This document shows positions 19,488 to 33,851 of a stretch of DNA of 64,000 nucleotides, in pieces. The stretch's first letter is position 1; each line of letters starts with the position of its first letter. The DNA comes from an uncultured Acidobacteriota bacterium. Lineage in GTDB: Bacteria; Acidobacteriota; Vicinamibacteria; Vicinamibacterales; 2-12-FULL-66-21. The position numbers were made by a program, and so were the translations under genes. Where the stretch lies: positions 350,219-414,218 of the forward strand of contig CAWEMY010000017.1 of NCBI GenBank assembly GCA_963810305.1, given 5' to 3'. The notes under the pieces were generated by a model that searched no databases, was not told the origin of the DNA, and saw only the letters and a list, made by a program, of their open reading frames with translations.

Positions 19488-19549
19488 AAAAAGGCACCTC
19501 GACAGGTAATTTTTACCCTTTTGACCCGCAGGAATGTAAAAATGACGCC

Positions 19550-20944
<1,395 letters not shown>

Positions 20945-20961
20945 CGCTGCCAGGAGCTGAC

Positions 20962-21168
20962 GCAGAGAGTGCGAGGAGCGCGAGGGGTGCGACGAGTGCG
21001 GACGCGGGATTGGCAGGCGGGCTCGGGGCTCGGGGCTCGGGGCTCGGGGCTGCGGGGCTCGGGGCTCGGGGCTCGGGGCTCGGGGCTCGGGGCTCGGGGC
21101 TCGGAACTGATTACTCATCACTGAACAATTGATAACAGTCAACTGCTAACTGACAACTGCTAACTGAC
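20962..21168. repeat. Composite tract: nonamers, then ~12 GGGGCTC heptamers, then AACTGMY heptamers
   Basis: gagtgcgaggagcgcgaggggtgcgacgagtgcg; (ggggctc)n at 21019-21103; aactgctaactgacaactgctaactgac. Confidence 0.92.
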
Positions 21169-21170
21169 GC

Positions 21171-23045
21171 GTGTCAATCAAGGCTAAGCAGGTCGCCGGC
21201 GTCACGACGCTCGTGGTTGCTATCGTGGCGATCATGAGTGCCTACCATTTGGCGACGCTGGCGCGCATGAGTCTCGAAGAGACGCAGCTGCGCGGCGAGA
21301 TGCTTACCCGCGCCATCTACCACCGCGCCCGCGCCGTCGTCCCCCCCGTCGGCGTCGATCTGGCGACCGCGCTGCGCAATGACGGCGGGGTTCGTTCCAT
21401 CCTTGAATCCGCGCAGGGCTACACGCCGAATGTCACTTACGCTGCGATCGTCGATGCCCACGGCGTGGTGATCGCGCACGGGTTTCCCACGCAGGAAGGG
21501 CAGCCGCTACCCGACCAGGATCTGCTCGGGCCGGTGATCGACCGTGGCCCAGTCTCGCAGCTCGAGGCGGTGTACTCGGAGCAGACCTACGAAGTCCGCC
21601 AGGCGCTGCTGGCGGGTGACGAGCAGTTCGGCGCGATCCGGATCGGCATCTCCACGATTCTGATCAAAGAGGAGTTCGAGACCGCCCTCAACACCGCGCT
21701 CGGCACCATCGTCGTCGCGCTGCTGCTCGCGACGTTCGTCGCGGTCATGCTCTCGCAGTGGATGCTGCGGCCGATCCACGTCATTCAAAGCGGACTCACC
21801 CGACTTGGACGCGGCGAGCTCGACGTGACGCTCGAACTTCCCGGTGAAGAGTTCCGCGATCTGGGCAGCTCGTTCGAAGCAGTGAGTGCGCAGTTGTCCG
21901 CCGTCCGGACGAAGCCCTTGCCTGCTGCGGCAACCGACCTCGAGTCGGTCATGGAGAATCTCGAGGACGCCGTTGCGCTCTTCTCGCCATCAGGTGAAGT
22001 GATCTTCACCAACACGGCGATGAAGGCCCTGCTCGCCGAGCACAGTGAGCATCCCGCGATGCGCCAGTTGATCGAAAAGACGCTCGCCGGACGCAAGTCG
22101 CTCGGGCCTGTCCCCATCACGGCCGCCGGGCCGGTGGGGGCCGGGGATCAGACGCGGCCAGACGTCCCCGAACGGCTGCTGGTCACGCACGCCATCGAGG
22201 ACGGCACCGGCCGCTTCCTCGGCGCGATGCTGGTTGCGCGCAACCTCGGCTACCTGAGTCACGTCCACTCGACGCTCAACTACTCGCGCAAGCTGGCCGC
22301 GCTCGGCCGGCTGATGGCGGGAGTTGCTCACGAAGTGAAGAATCCGCTCAACGCGATGACCATTCACCTGGAGCTGGTGAAGCGCAAGCTGTCGATGCGA
22401 CAACCGGTGGGTGCCGGAGTCGGTGCCAGTGCCAGTGTGGGGGGTGCGGGGAGTGCGGGGAGTGCCGGGAGTGCGCCCGGCCAAGGCACCCCGCCGACCG
22501 TCGATATAGAAAAGCATCTGAACACCATCGGCCAGGAGATCCGGCGGCTCGATGAGGTGGTGGTCGGGTTTCTGAAATTCGCGCGTCCCGACGAGCTCAA
22601 GCTGCAGCCGATGAACCTCGTGGAGCTCGTGTCCGACGTTGCCACCAGCGTGGCGCCGGAGGCGGAGCGACTCAATGTCACTATGAAGGTCGAATGCCAG
22701 CCGGATCTGCCGCGCATCAATGCGGATCCCGGGATGCTGCGGCAGGCGCTGCTCAATCTCGCGCTCAATGCGTGTCAGGCGATGCCCAATGGCGGCGGGC
22801 TGCGCATCAACTGTCGCGCCGCGCCGCGCAAGCGCGTCGAGATCGAGGTGCAGGACACCGGCATGGGTATCCCGCCGGAGAATTTGAACAAGATTTTCGA
22901 TCTGTATTTCACGACGAAGGAGAAGGGGTCCGGCATCGGCCTGTCGATGGTCTACCGGATCGTGCAGCTCCACGACGGTGAAGTAGAGGTCCAGTCGACA
23001 CCAGGTCACGGAACGACGTTTAAACTGGTGTTTCCGCAGGCGTAA
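21171..23045 (+). CDS. Membrane sensor histidine kinase (HAMP, PAS-like, HisKA, HATPase)
   Basis: Two TMs, GVAHEVKNPL, LLNLALNA, DTGMG, FTTK, GSGIGL. Confidence 0.95.
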   Translation: MSIKAKQVAGVTTLVVAIVAIMSAYHLATLARMSLEETQLRGEMLTRAIYHRARAVVPPVGVDLATALRNDGGVRSILESAQGYTPNVTYAAIVDAHGVVIAHGFPTQEGQPLPDQDLLGPVIDRGPVSQLEAVYSEQTYEVRQALLAGDEQFGAIRIGISTILIKEEFETALNTALGTIVVALLLATFVAVMLSQWMLRPIHVIQSGLTRLGRGELDVTLELPGEEFRDLGSSFEAVSAQLSAVRTKPLPAAATDLESVMENLEDAVALFSPSGEVIFTNTAMKALLAEHSEHPAMRQLIEKTLAGRKSLGPVPITAAGPVGAGDQTRPDVPERLLVTHAIEDGTGRFLGAMLVARNLGYLSHVHSTLNYSRKLAALGRLMAGVAHEVKNPLNAMTIHLELVKRKLSMRQPVGAGVGASASVGGAGSAGSAGSAPGQGTPPTVDIEKHLNTIGQEIRRLDEVVVGFLKFARPDELKLQPMNLVELVSDVATSVAPEAERLNVTMKVECQPDLPRINADPGMLRQALLNLALNACQAMPNGGGLRINCRAAPRKRVEIEVQDTGMGIPPENLNKIFDLYFTTKEKGSGIGLSMVYRIVQLHDGEVEVQSTPGHGTTFKLVFPQA

Positions 23046-23061
23046 GATTGAGGTACGGGAA

Positions 23062-23655
23062 ATGAGCAAGACACACGTACCCACTGTCGGCCGCAGGCTT
23101 GGCGTCGCCGCGTTCGCCGCGATACTCGCATCGGGGGCTTGTGTCACAACCACCGGCGAGCCCGTCGTTCAGCGTCCGCCTTTGGAGGTGCCTCCCGCCC
23201 CGCCGCGGGTAATCACTCCGTTGCCGCTGCCGGAGCCGCCGCCAGTCGAAATGCCACCGGAAGACACGGGGGCAGCGACAAAACCACCCGCTCCAGCGAG
23301 GCCAAGACCGCCGGCCAATAACAAACCCGAAGCGAAGCCGCCCGAACCGCCGCCGGTCGAGCCTCCGCCGGTGACGCCGCCGCCCCCGACTCCGCCCGCA
23401 CCGACGCTGAGCACGCCCCCCCAGGGGGACGCCAATGCCGTGTCACGCCAGATCCGCGACAGCGTCGAGCGCACGCGCCGCGCGCTCGACAGGATCGATT
23501 ACCAACCGCTCACCCGAGAGCGGAAGAAGGCGTACGACGATGCGAAGCTGTTCGCGACGCAGGCGGAGGAGGCGATCAACGCCGCCAACCTGGTGTTTGC
23601 GAAAGAGCTGGCGGATAAGGCCGAGCGCCTCGCGAAAGAGCTCCAGGGCCGCTGA
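23062..23655 (+). CDS. Proline-rich lipoprotein with C-terminal helical domain
   Basis: Lipobox-like LASGAC, long Pro-rich linker, helical C-terminus. Confidence 0.7.
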   Translation: MSKTHVPTVGRRLGVAAFAAILASGACVTTTGEPVVQRPPLEVPPAPPRVITPLPLPEPPPVEMPPEDTGAATKPPAPARPRPPANNKPEAKPPEPPPVEPPPVTPPPPTPPAPTLSTPPQGDANAVSRQIRDSVERTRRALDRIDYQPLTRERKKAYDDAKLFATQAEEAINAANLVFAKELADKAERLAKELQGR

Positions 23656-23730
23656 ACCGCTGAACGAGCCGGCAACTGGCTCGACCATTTAATAGGTCAC
23701 TCGAAAAAATCCCGCGCCATTTTGACCATT

Positions 23731-23778
23731 TGTCAATATCTAGCGCCCTGCCTCAAAATCAGACACAATATGTGGTGG
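23731..23778. promoter_or_regulatory. Tandem NrdR boxes
   Basis: tgtCAATATCTAGcgc (23731-23746) and acaCAATATGTGGtgg (23763-23778), 32 bp apart, match the acaCwAtATaTwGtgt consensus upstream of an RNR gene. Confidence 0.85.
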
Positions 23779-23786
23779 AATCCCGC

Positions 23787-23815
23787 TTGACAAGCATGTA
23801 ACGCGGGCGCATATT
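23787..23815 (+). promoter_or_regulatory. Sigma70-type promoter of nrdJ
   Basis: TTGACA-N17-CATATT just downstream of the NrdR boxes. Confidence 0.7.
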
Positions 23816-23937
23816 TACAAACCGCGGCGGATCATCGGGCAGCTTTCCCAGCCTCCCGGCGTCGCGGCAAAATACTCAAAAGCAACTGATTATGGGTCAC
23901 TGCCGGGGGCGGGCAGACGACTCACGTATTCGGAGGG

Positions 23938-26772
<2,835 letters not shown>

Positions 26773-26953
26773 CCGACAGTTGCGGTGCTCTTGTAACTAA
26801 CCGCCCTCCAATAGGCCCGGGGCGGGTTCGAATCACACCTCGCCCGCTTGCAGTCTGCCATGAACCCGGTCAGCAGGTTCTGGACGACCATAGCCATCAC
26901 CCAAATCTCAAATCGTTGAAGAGGTTTTCATAGCTGGTGCTGAAACCGTCCCA

Positions 26954-27694
26954 TTGACTGGGGGTTCGATGTCGCTGTCTACGTCCGCCTCGCTCCTCGA
27001 GCAGATTCCCTCGGATCTCGTCGAGACCGAACAGTGTCGATCGCTCTGCTGGACGAAGTGGCAAATCACGTTCAAAGACAATCTCTGGGACGAGATCTGC
27101 TCGGAGTTCGACGCCAGGCGGCTGGCCGAGCACATACGGGCCGCGCGACTGCCGCTGTCCGGCGAGTTCCGTCGTTTCTCGGAAAGCTGGCTGCGTGACG
27201 AGAATCAGCACTATCTGGGATTCCGCCGGCTCTACTCGACCATGTATCACGTTCCACCCGACGAAGTCGCATCGCGCGTAGAGGGACGGTCCTCGGCGTT
27301 CGCTGCGCTCACCCCGTTCCTGGTGGACGAATTCCACCTGTGCGTGTTGCTTGCGTACGACGAAATTGTGACGGCGAAGGTGTACGCGAGCGACTTCGAT
27401 ATGTACGACGCGCTAGGCGACCGTCATCTCTCGGCGTGGATTAGGCAGGTGTGCCGGGATGAATCCAATCATTTCTGCGGCGCCATGGAGCTTATGAAAC
27501 GCCTCCACGGGAACCGACTCGTTGACGTCCCCACCGTGCTGGACGAGCTCATTCGATTCAACGCCGGCTCGTCGAAGTACAGCGGTTCGTTCGTGCTGGA
27601 TCACCAGTCCTACGGGTCCGAGCTGATCGAACGCGGGCGCCAAGCCGTTCTGGCATTGTGCCGCACGCCCGCGGCCGGTTCGTCGATCACCTGA
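26954..27694 (+). CDS. Ferritin-like diiron-carboxylate protein
   Basis: Ligand pattern E (CSEFDA)...DENQH...E (AYDEIV)...DESNH; start may be ATG 26969. Confidence 0.7.
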   Translation: MTGGSMSLSTSASLLEQIPSDLVETEQCRSLCWTKWQITFKDNLWDEICSEFDARRLAEHIRAARLPLSGEFRRFSESWLRDENQHYLGFRRLYSTMYHVPPDEVASRVEGRSSAFAALTPFLVDEFHLCVLLAYDEIVTAKVYASDFDMYDALGDRHLSAWIRQVCRDESNHFCGAMELMKRLHGNRLVDVPTVLDELIRFNAGSSKYSGSFVLDHQSYGSELIERGRQAVLALCRTPAAGSSIT

Positions 27695-27702
27695 TCATCT
27701 CG

Positions 27703-28974
27703 TCAGATCGTAAACGCCACCCGAAACCCGTGCTGCCGGTCGGGTATCGTGACGTCATGATCGCAGCGGACGGCCGATCGATTGTCCTTCGATCCGTAGC
27801 TGAAGGAACCGCCGCGCACAACTCGCCTGGACAAGTCGGCATCGGAGAGCCAGGCACTGCCGTCGTCGGGAGCACCGACGTAGGTCTCGTGATACGGATC
27901 CTCGACGTGCTCCCACACGTTCCCGAGAAGGTCGTACAAGCCCCAGGGGTTCGCCGGGTACGACCCGACCTCGCTCGTTCTTCCGTGCTCGTGGTCGTAG
28001 TTCGCGTGCTTGACGCTGATAGAGTCGCCGCGGAACGTGCGGGTCGTAGTACCTGCTCTGCAGGCGTACTCCCATTCGGCCTCGGTAGGCAATCGGTAGG
28101 GGCGTTTCGTTTTGCTCGAGAGCCAGGCGACGAAGGCCTGAGCATCGTTCCAGCTGACGTTGATCACGGGGAAGCGTCCGCGCGACCAGCCCTCGTCGCC
28201 CGGTGGCTGCCGCGAGCTCGCAGCGCAGAACGCTTCGAACTCGGTGAAGGTCACGAGGTAGCGCCCCAGCGCGAAGCGGTAGTCGATCGTCACCAGGTGC
28301 TGGGGCGATTCCTCCGGGTACGCATCCGGTTCACCTTCGACAGATCCCATCATGAAGCGCCCGGAGCGGATGACGACCATTTCGGGACACCATGGCGCAT
28401 CGACATCCTTGAAGACGGCGCCGGTCTCGAGTGTCGCCGGGTCCACACCGATCAGCAGGCCGCGCGACGATCCCGACGTGCCCGAGAGCCGCTTTTTCGC
28501 GAATGCGTTGAACGCTTTTAGCACCCCTTCGCGGAGCTCGGAAATCGACGTGAAAACCGCTGCGCGCTGGTCGGTGTTCGCAGCCGACCTGAACCCTTCG
28601 ATCCGCTCGGAGGGATGCTCCTTCGACTTGGCATCCGTCTGCGTGTACGGGATGACGTTCTCGTCCTTCAGAAACATCAGACGCGGTATGTCATTCTCTT
28701 TCGCATGTCGGTATTCGAGCTCGGTGATCGAGAGCCCGTTTTCGTTGACAATGCCGCTCGTCGGGATGAATCCATAACGGAGACCGACGATGCCGATGTA
28801 GAGATCGCAGTCGGCGACATCCTGAAGGCAGCTGAGCGCGACCGAGTCTTCGCTCGCTCGATAGCTGTGCGTGACCACGCACTGGTCTCGGAGCGCGTCC
28901 TCGACAGCCTTGCGTTCCTCCACCAGGTCCTTGAGCGTAGACGACAGATAGACTTTGAAAAGCAATGTGGCCAC
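27703..28974 (-). CDS. DUF4062 domain fused to FGE-sulfatase (SUMF1-like) domain
   Basis: VYLSSTLKDLVEER, CDLYIGIVGLRYG, SITELEY; then FMMGS, PVINVSWNDA, YRLPTEAEWEYACRAG, GLYDLLGNVWE, VVRGGSF, GFRV. Confidence 0.9.
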   Translation of the reverse strand: MATLLFKVYLSSTLKDLVEERKAVEDALRDQCVVTHSYRASEDSVALSCLQDVADCDLYIGIVGLRYGFIPTSGIVNENGLSITELEYRHAKENDIPRLMFLKDENVIPYTQTDAKSKEHPSERIEGFRSAANTDQRAAVFTSISELREGVLKAFNAFAKKRLSGTSGSSRGLLIGVDPATLETGAVFKDVDAPWCPEMVVIRSGRFMMGSVEGEPDAYPEESPQHLVTIDYRFALGRYLVTFTEFEAFCAASSRQPPGDEGWSRGRFPVINVSWNDAQAFVAWLSSKTKRPYRLPTEAEWEYACRAGTTTRTFRGDSISVKHANYDHEHGRTSEVGSYPANPWGLYDLLGNVWEHVEDPYHETYVGAPDDGSAWLSDADLSRRVVRGGSFSYGSKDNRSAVRCDHDVTIPDRQHGFRVAFTI

Positions 28975-29165
28975 AGCTTACCCGAAAAAACTTCGGTGGT
29001 TCGTCTGCAAGAATGACGGTGTCTTGATGTTTCTTCCCGCGGCGTTATTCGCTTCGTTGTGCCGACCGTGCTTGCCATTTCTGCCGAGCATGCCCTGCTC
29101 GTAAGCGAGCTTTGTCGACGCGTGATGAAACGTCCGCAACGCACATCGCAGGAACTTCAGACGAA

Positions 29166-29288
29166 TCGTTCACCCACGGCGGCGTGCATTTCGTGGAACT
29201 CGTTCAGTGGACATCGCCGATCTCTGCTACTACGGGAACCTGGACGACGTTCAGGTGGAGTGGCCATAGGCGGATCTCTCGCACCTGC
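29166..29288 (+). pseudogene. Isolated ~120-bp degenerate fragment of a metallophosphoesterase paralogous to 55215-55338
   Basis: ttcacccacggcggcgtgcatttcgtgg...tcgccgatctctg.tactacggg...tggacgacgt aligns with 55215-55338; has a 1-nt deletion and a TAG. Confidence 0.85.
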
Positions 29289-29604
29289 AACCCCAGTCGA
29301 TCGCCGTTGCCCGGTTCATGCCTGAGGCGAGGGCATCGTCTTCAGCTCCGCACTGACCGGCAACGTCGTCCAGTTGTCGAGATTCGATCGGGCACCGTAG
29401 AAGCCCGGCGCACGACGTTCCAACGACGCACCTCGGTAGGGCCGTGTAGAATCTGCTGAGCTAGGGCAGCCTCCGATTTTCGATCCGAAATTTGGTGATT
29501 GGTTCAAGGCATTTGTTCCCGCCAGTGGACGGGGACTTGCGCTCGCTTCCCTTGGCAGCACCCTGACGCATTCCACGAAATGCCTGACGACGGAGGTCCC
29601 TGCC

Positions 29605-32161
29605 GTGGACTCGAACGACTCGCCTGACGAAGCTGGAACGCCCTTTCATCCCGACACTGCAGCCAGCACGATGACGGGCGGCGCCTCCGCCTCGATGAGC
29701 GCGGGTCAGATCGGACCGTACCGGCTGCTGCGTGTGCTCGGCGAAGGGGGGATGGGGCAGGTGTGGCTGGCGGAGCAGAAGACGCCGATTCAGCGCACCG
29801 TTGCGTTGAAGGTGATCAAGGCAGGCATGGACACGAGGGCCGTCGTGGCGCGGTTCGAGTCCGAACGCCAGGCGCTCGCCCTGATGGATCACCCGAACAT
29901 CGCGCAGGTGTTCGAGGCCAGCTCGACGCCCGAGGGCCGCCCGTATTTCGTCATGGAGTACGTTCAGGGGCTGCCGATCACCGAATATTGCGACAAGCAC
30001 CGCTTGTCGATGAAAGACCGCCTGCAACTCTTCATGCAGGTCTGCGAGGGGGTGCAGCACGCGCATCAAAAGGCGATCATTCATCGAGACTTGAAGCCAT
30101 CGAATGTCCTGGTGGTGCAGCAGAACGACAAGGCGATTCCCAAGATCATCGATTTCGGCCTCGCGAAGGCGATGGCGCAGCGGCTGACCGCGAACACGGT
30201 CATTACCGAGCTTGGCGTACTGGTGGGGACACCTGAGGTACATGAGCCCCGAGCAGACCGATCTGCGCGTCCAGGACATCGACACCCGCACCGATGTGTA
30301 TTCGCTCGGCGTGATTCTGTACGAACTGCTCGTCGGCGCGCTTCCGTTCGATACCCGAGCGCTGCGTACCGCGGGTCTCGAGGCGATTCTCCGCACGATC
30401 CGGGAAGAGACACCACCAAAGCCGAGTACCAAGGTCCGGCTGATGGGCGCGAGCTCCGCGGTGTCCGCAGGGAAACGTAACGAGGAGCCGCGCACGCTGG
30501 CGAGGCGTCTGCAAGGCGATCTGGATTGGATCACTCTGAAAGCGCTGGAGAAAGACCGCGGACGACGCTATGCCACGGCTTCAGAATTCGCCGCCGACCT
30601 TCAACGGTACTTGCGCAACGAAGCCGTCGTCGCCGGCCCTGCCTCCGCCACATATCGCCTGCGGAAATACGCGGTGCGCCATCGGTTCGGACTCGGCGCC
30701 GCCGCGCTGGTGGCGATCCTGCTGATTGCTTTCGCCGCGACCCAGACAATTCAGCTGCGCCGCATTCAGAGGGAGCGCGACCGGGCCAATCGTGTAACGG
30801 ACTTCATGACGCAGATGTTCAAGGTTGTGGACCCGAATGAGGCGCGAGGGAACACGATCACCGCGCGCGAGGTGCTCGACAAGGCGTCCAGGGACATCGA
30901 CGCCGGGCTCGCGCAGGACCCGGAGCTCCAGGCGCAATTGCTCCATACGATGGGGAACGTGCACATGAGCCTCGGGCTGTTCTCCATCGCGGAGAAACAG
31001 TTCAATCGCACGATCGACATTCGGCGGAGCGTCCTCGGCGCCAACCACATCGACACCCTGAAGTCGATGGAAAGGCTGGCGCTGACGCTGTATCGCCGCG
31101 GTAAATACGCGGACGCCGAGGCCCTCGCGCGCGAGACCCTCGATGCCGCGCGGCGACTATCCGGGACGGATGATCCTACGACGCTGGCGGCTCAGACCGG
31201 TCTCGGGTTGATTCTGCTGGCGCAAGGAAAGCGCGACGAGGCCGAGCGCGTGGATCGAGAGGTCATCGCGATCGAGCAGCGTGTCTTCGGACACGATGCG
31301 CCGCAGACGCTGGCGGCGACGAACAACCTGGCGATGGTGTTGCGGCTGCGCGGGCGCTATCCAGAAGCGGAGCAGGCATTCCGCCAGGTGTACGAGGCTC
31401 GCAAGCGGGTGCTGGGAGCGGATGATCCGGACACTTTAACGGCGGGAGTGAACCTGGCGCTCGTTCTGGCCGACCAGGGGCGCTTTCCGGACGCAGAGGC
31501 GCTGAACCGTGAGACGCTGCAGCAACTCATTCGCGTACTCGGACCGGAGCATCCCTTTACGCTGAACACGATGAACAACCTCGCCGACGTCCTGATCAGC
31601 GAGGGGAAATATCCCGAGGCGGAAAAACTGAACCGGGACGCCCTGGCGAGCCGCGAACGGCTGCTGGGCCCGGAGCATGCCGACACGATCATTTCGATGG
31701 CCAACCTCGGTCGGCTGCTGGCGAGTGACGGCCGCACGGGCGAGGCGGAAGAGCTGATTGCGCGCGTGCTGGAGAAGCGGAAGAAGGTGCTTGGGCCTGA
31801 GCACCCGGATACGATCACGACGATGGCCGATTTGGCCGCGGTGCTCGGAATGGAGAAGAAGTACGCGGAGGCGGAAAAAGTCGGGCGGGACGCGTTGGCG
31901 ATCGGCCGGCGCGTCCTCGGCGACAAGGATCCCACCATGGGGATTCTTCTCTACAACCTCGGTGCGGTTGCCGGGATTCGAAATCGGACGGACGAAGCGA
32001 TCACGCTGTTGAATCAAGCCATCGATGCGGGGTTACCTCCCGGGGCCGCAGAGAACATCGAGCGGGACCCCGATCTCACACCACTGCGGGGCAACCCCCG
32101 GTTTCCCGCACTCGTGGCTCACGGACGCGAAGTCGCCAAGGCGAACAACAAAGGTGGATAG
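29605..32161 (+). CDS. Ser/Thr kinase with TM and kinesin-light-chain-like TPR repeats (frameshift ~30230)
   Basis: [29 protein letters not shown], repeated LGPEHPxTL..MNNLA. Confidence 0.92.
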
Positions 32162-32240
32162 GCAGTTTCTGCCATCTTGACCGGCCGCGAAGGACGATGC
32201 CATCGTCGTCCTGATGGACGCCGGGTGTTATCCTCACGGC

Positions 32241-32801
32241 ATGGCGCCTCCTGCGCGCAGGCCAGCGACCTTCGAAGATCTGGTGGCAGTGCCGGAGCAT
32301 CTCGTCGCGGAGATCATCGATGGCGAGCTTTACACGTCGCCGCGGCCAGCTCCGCGTCATGCGCTCGCGGCGAGCAGACTCCTCGGCTTGCTGCAGGGGC
32401 CGTTCGATCTCGGACGTGGCGGACCCGGCGGGTGGCGCATCCTCTTCGAGCCCGAACTGCACTTCGCGGCTGACGTGCTCGTTCCCGACGTCGCTGCCTG
32501 GCGCCGCGAGCGGCTGCCGCATCTGCCTGAAGAGGCGCATTTCTCGCTCGCGCCCGACTGGGTGTGCGAGGTGCAATCGCCGTCAACGGCGGCGCTCGAT
32601 CGCGGAAAAAAGCTGCGCGTCTACGCTCGCGAAGGCGTGAGGCACGCATGGATGCTCGATCCGCTTGCCGAGACGCTCGAGGTCCTGCGACTGGACGGCG
32701 CACATTGGACGATCGTCTCTACCTACGTGGAGAGAAGCGTGATCCATCCGGAACCATTTCACGCGCTTGGTCTCGAGCTGACGTTGCTGTGGGAGACCTG
32801 A
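32241..32801 (+). CDS. Uma2/DUF820 family PD-(D/E)XK-like endonuclease
   Basis: AEIIDGELYTSPRP, LVPDVAAWR, PDWVCEVQSPST..DRGKKL. Confidence 0.92.
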   Translation: MAPPARRPATFEDLVAVPEHLVAEIIDGELYTSPRPAPRHALAASRLLGLLQGPFDLGRGGPGGWRILFEPELHFAADVLVPDVAAWRRERLPHLPEEAHFSLAPDWVCEVQSPSTAALDRGKKLRVYAREGVRHAWMLDPLAETLEVLRLDGAHWTIVSTYVERSVIHPEPFHALGLELTLLWET

Positions 32802-32809
32802 GCGTCCCT

Positions 32810-33196
32810 ATGACATTTCCTCCTGCGGTCCCGGAGATCCCGGTCGCCAACATCGACAGAGCCGCTGCCTACTACGTCGACAATCTGGGCTTCACGCTGG
32901 ACTGGGGCGGCGAAGAGGGCGGCATTGCCGGCATCTCGCGAGAGGACTGCAGACTGTTCATCACCAATCGTGAGTTCCGACAGGAATACGGCAACACCGG
33001 GCCGATCCTGTTCTGGCTCAATCTCGGGAGCAAGGCTGAGGTGGACGAACTGTTCGCCGAGTGGAAGTCCGCGGGCGCGACGATCGTGTCCGAACCCGAG
33101 GACAAACCCTGGAATCTGCGTGAGTTCACCGCCGCCGATCCCGACGGCAACCACATTCGTGTTTTCTACGATTTCCGCTGGGAATTGGACTCGTAG
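32810..33196 (+). CDS. VOC/glyoxalase-bleomycin resistance family protein
   Basis: PEIPVANIDRAAAYYVDNLGF, PEDKPWNLREF..ADPDGN. Confidence 0.9.
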   Translation: MTFPPAVPEIPVANIDRAAAYYVDNLGFTLDWGGEEGGIAGISREDCRLFITNREFRQEYGNTGPILFWLNLGSKAEVDELFAEWKSAGATIVSEPEDKPWNLREFTAADPDGNHIRVFYDFRWELDS

Positions 33197-33315
33197 GGAG
33201 TCGCACGGTCGGGTGACCGCGGCGCGACACGCCTTCGTCACATCGTGTTCACACGGATGTGACTTCGCTTAGGTAGGATGCCCTTCTCTGTCGGTTGCCC
33301 TATGGTGGAGGGTTC

Positions 33316-33597
33316 ATGCCCAAAGCGAAACCGTACACGTCAGGTCGGGACACGTGCAAAGACGTGGGAACGCTATGGTCGATGCGGCGGAACAGACGCA
33401 GCGCGCGCTGCGCACTGATAGCGTGGCCGGACACCTTCGAACTCCGCGTCCTCGTCGACGGCCAGTCCTTGCTCAGTGAGCGGTGTAATGGAGCAGCCGA
33501 AGCCTTCACGCTTGCTGAAGCATGGAAGCGCCGGATGATGGATAAGGGCTGGCATCAGGTGATTCCAGCCGGCACAGCGGTCGCAGCCACCGGGTAA
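33316..33597 (+). CDS. Small hypothetical protein
   Basis: GGAGG RBS; globular-looking LWSMR..SARCAL..ELRVLVDG..AEAWKRRM..KGW. Confidence 0.6.
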   Translation: MPKAKPYTSGRDTCKDVGTLWSMRRNRRSARCALIAWPDTFELRVLVDGQSLLSERCNGAAEAFTLAEAWKRRMMDKGWHQVIPAGTAVAATG

Positions 33598-33787
33598 AGC
33601 CCCGAGGAAGCTGGATCCCCCGACGATTGGGAAGCACCTGCACCAACCCGGGCGGCCGGCCTCGCTGGAAATAGCTTTCAGGGCTCCAGCGCTCTTAGTG
33701 ATCACTCCGTCGCCGCAAGTTGACAGCTCGTCCGGCGAGACGCATTCGGGACCCTCCTCTAAGAAGCGTCGCGCTTGTCATGCGCGT

Positions 33788-33802
33788 TGGCGTCGATATT
33801 GC
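33788..33802 (+). promoter_or_regulatory. Putative sigma54 promoter
   Basis: TGGCGTCGATATTGC (GG-N10-GC, TTGC) 50 nt upstream of the NlpC/P60 ATG. Confidence 0.45.
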
Positions 33803-33851
33803 CCTCGCACCTGCCGCCTCGCCATAGCCTGCCGGAAACGCGAGTCTTCCC

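Noticed and set aside
23700-23937. Cobalamin riboswitch upstream of nrdJ
   Set aside because: No B12-box or GGGAA core seen; the region is explained by NrdR boxes and a sigma70 promoter.
26818-26848. tRNA-like GGTTCGAATC after nrdJ (possible att site)
   Set aside because: No cloverleaf, D arm or CCA end; more likely a simple hairpin.
27703-27830. DGR variable region at the FGE-domain C-terminus
   Set aside because: No template repeat with adenine-specific differences and no reverse transcriptase found in the window; a remote DGR cannot be excluded.
29316-29576. Minus-strand 86-aa ORF as a real gene
   Set aside because: No RBS or recognisable motif; at most a 3' relic.
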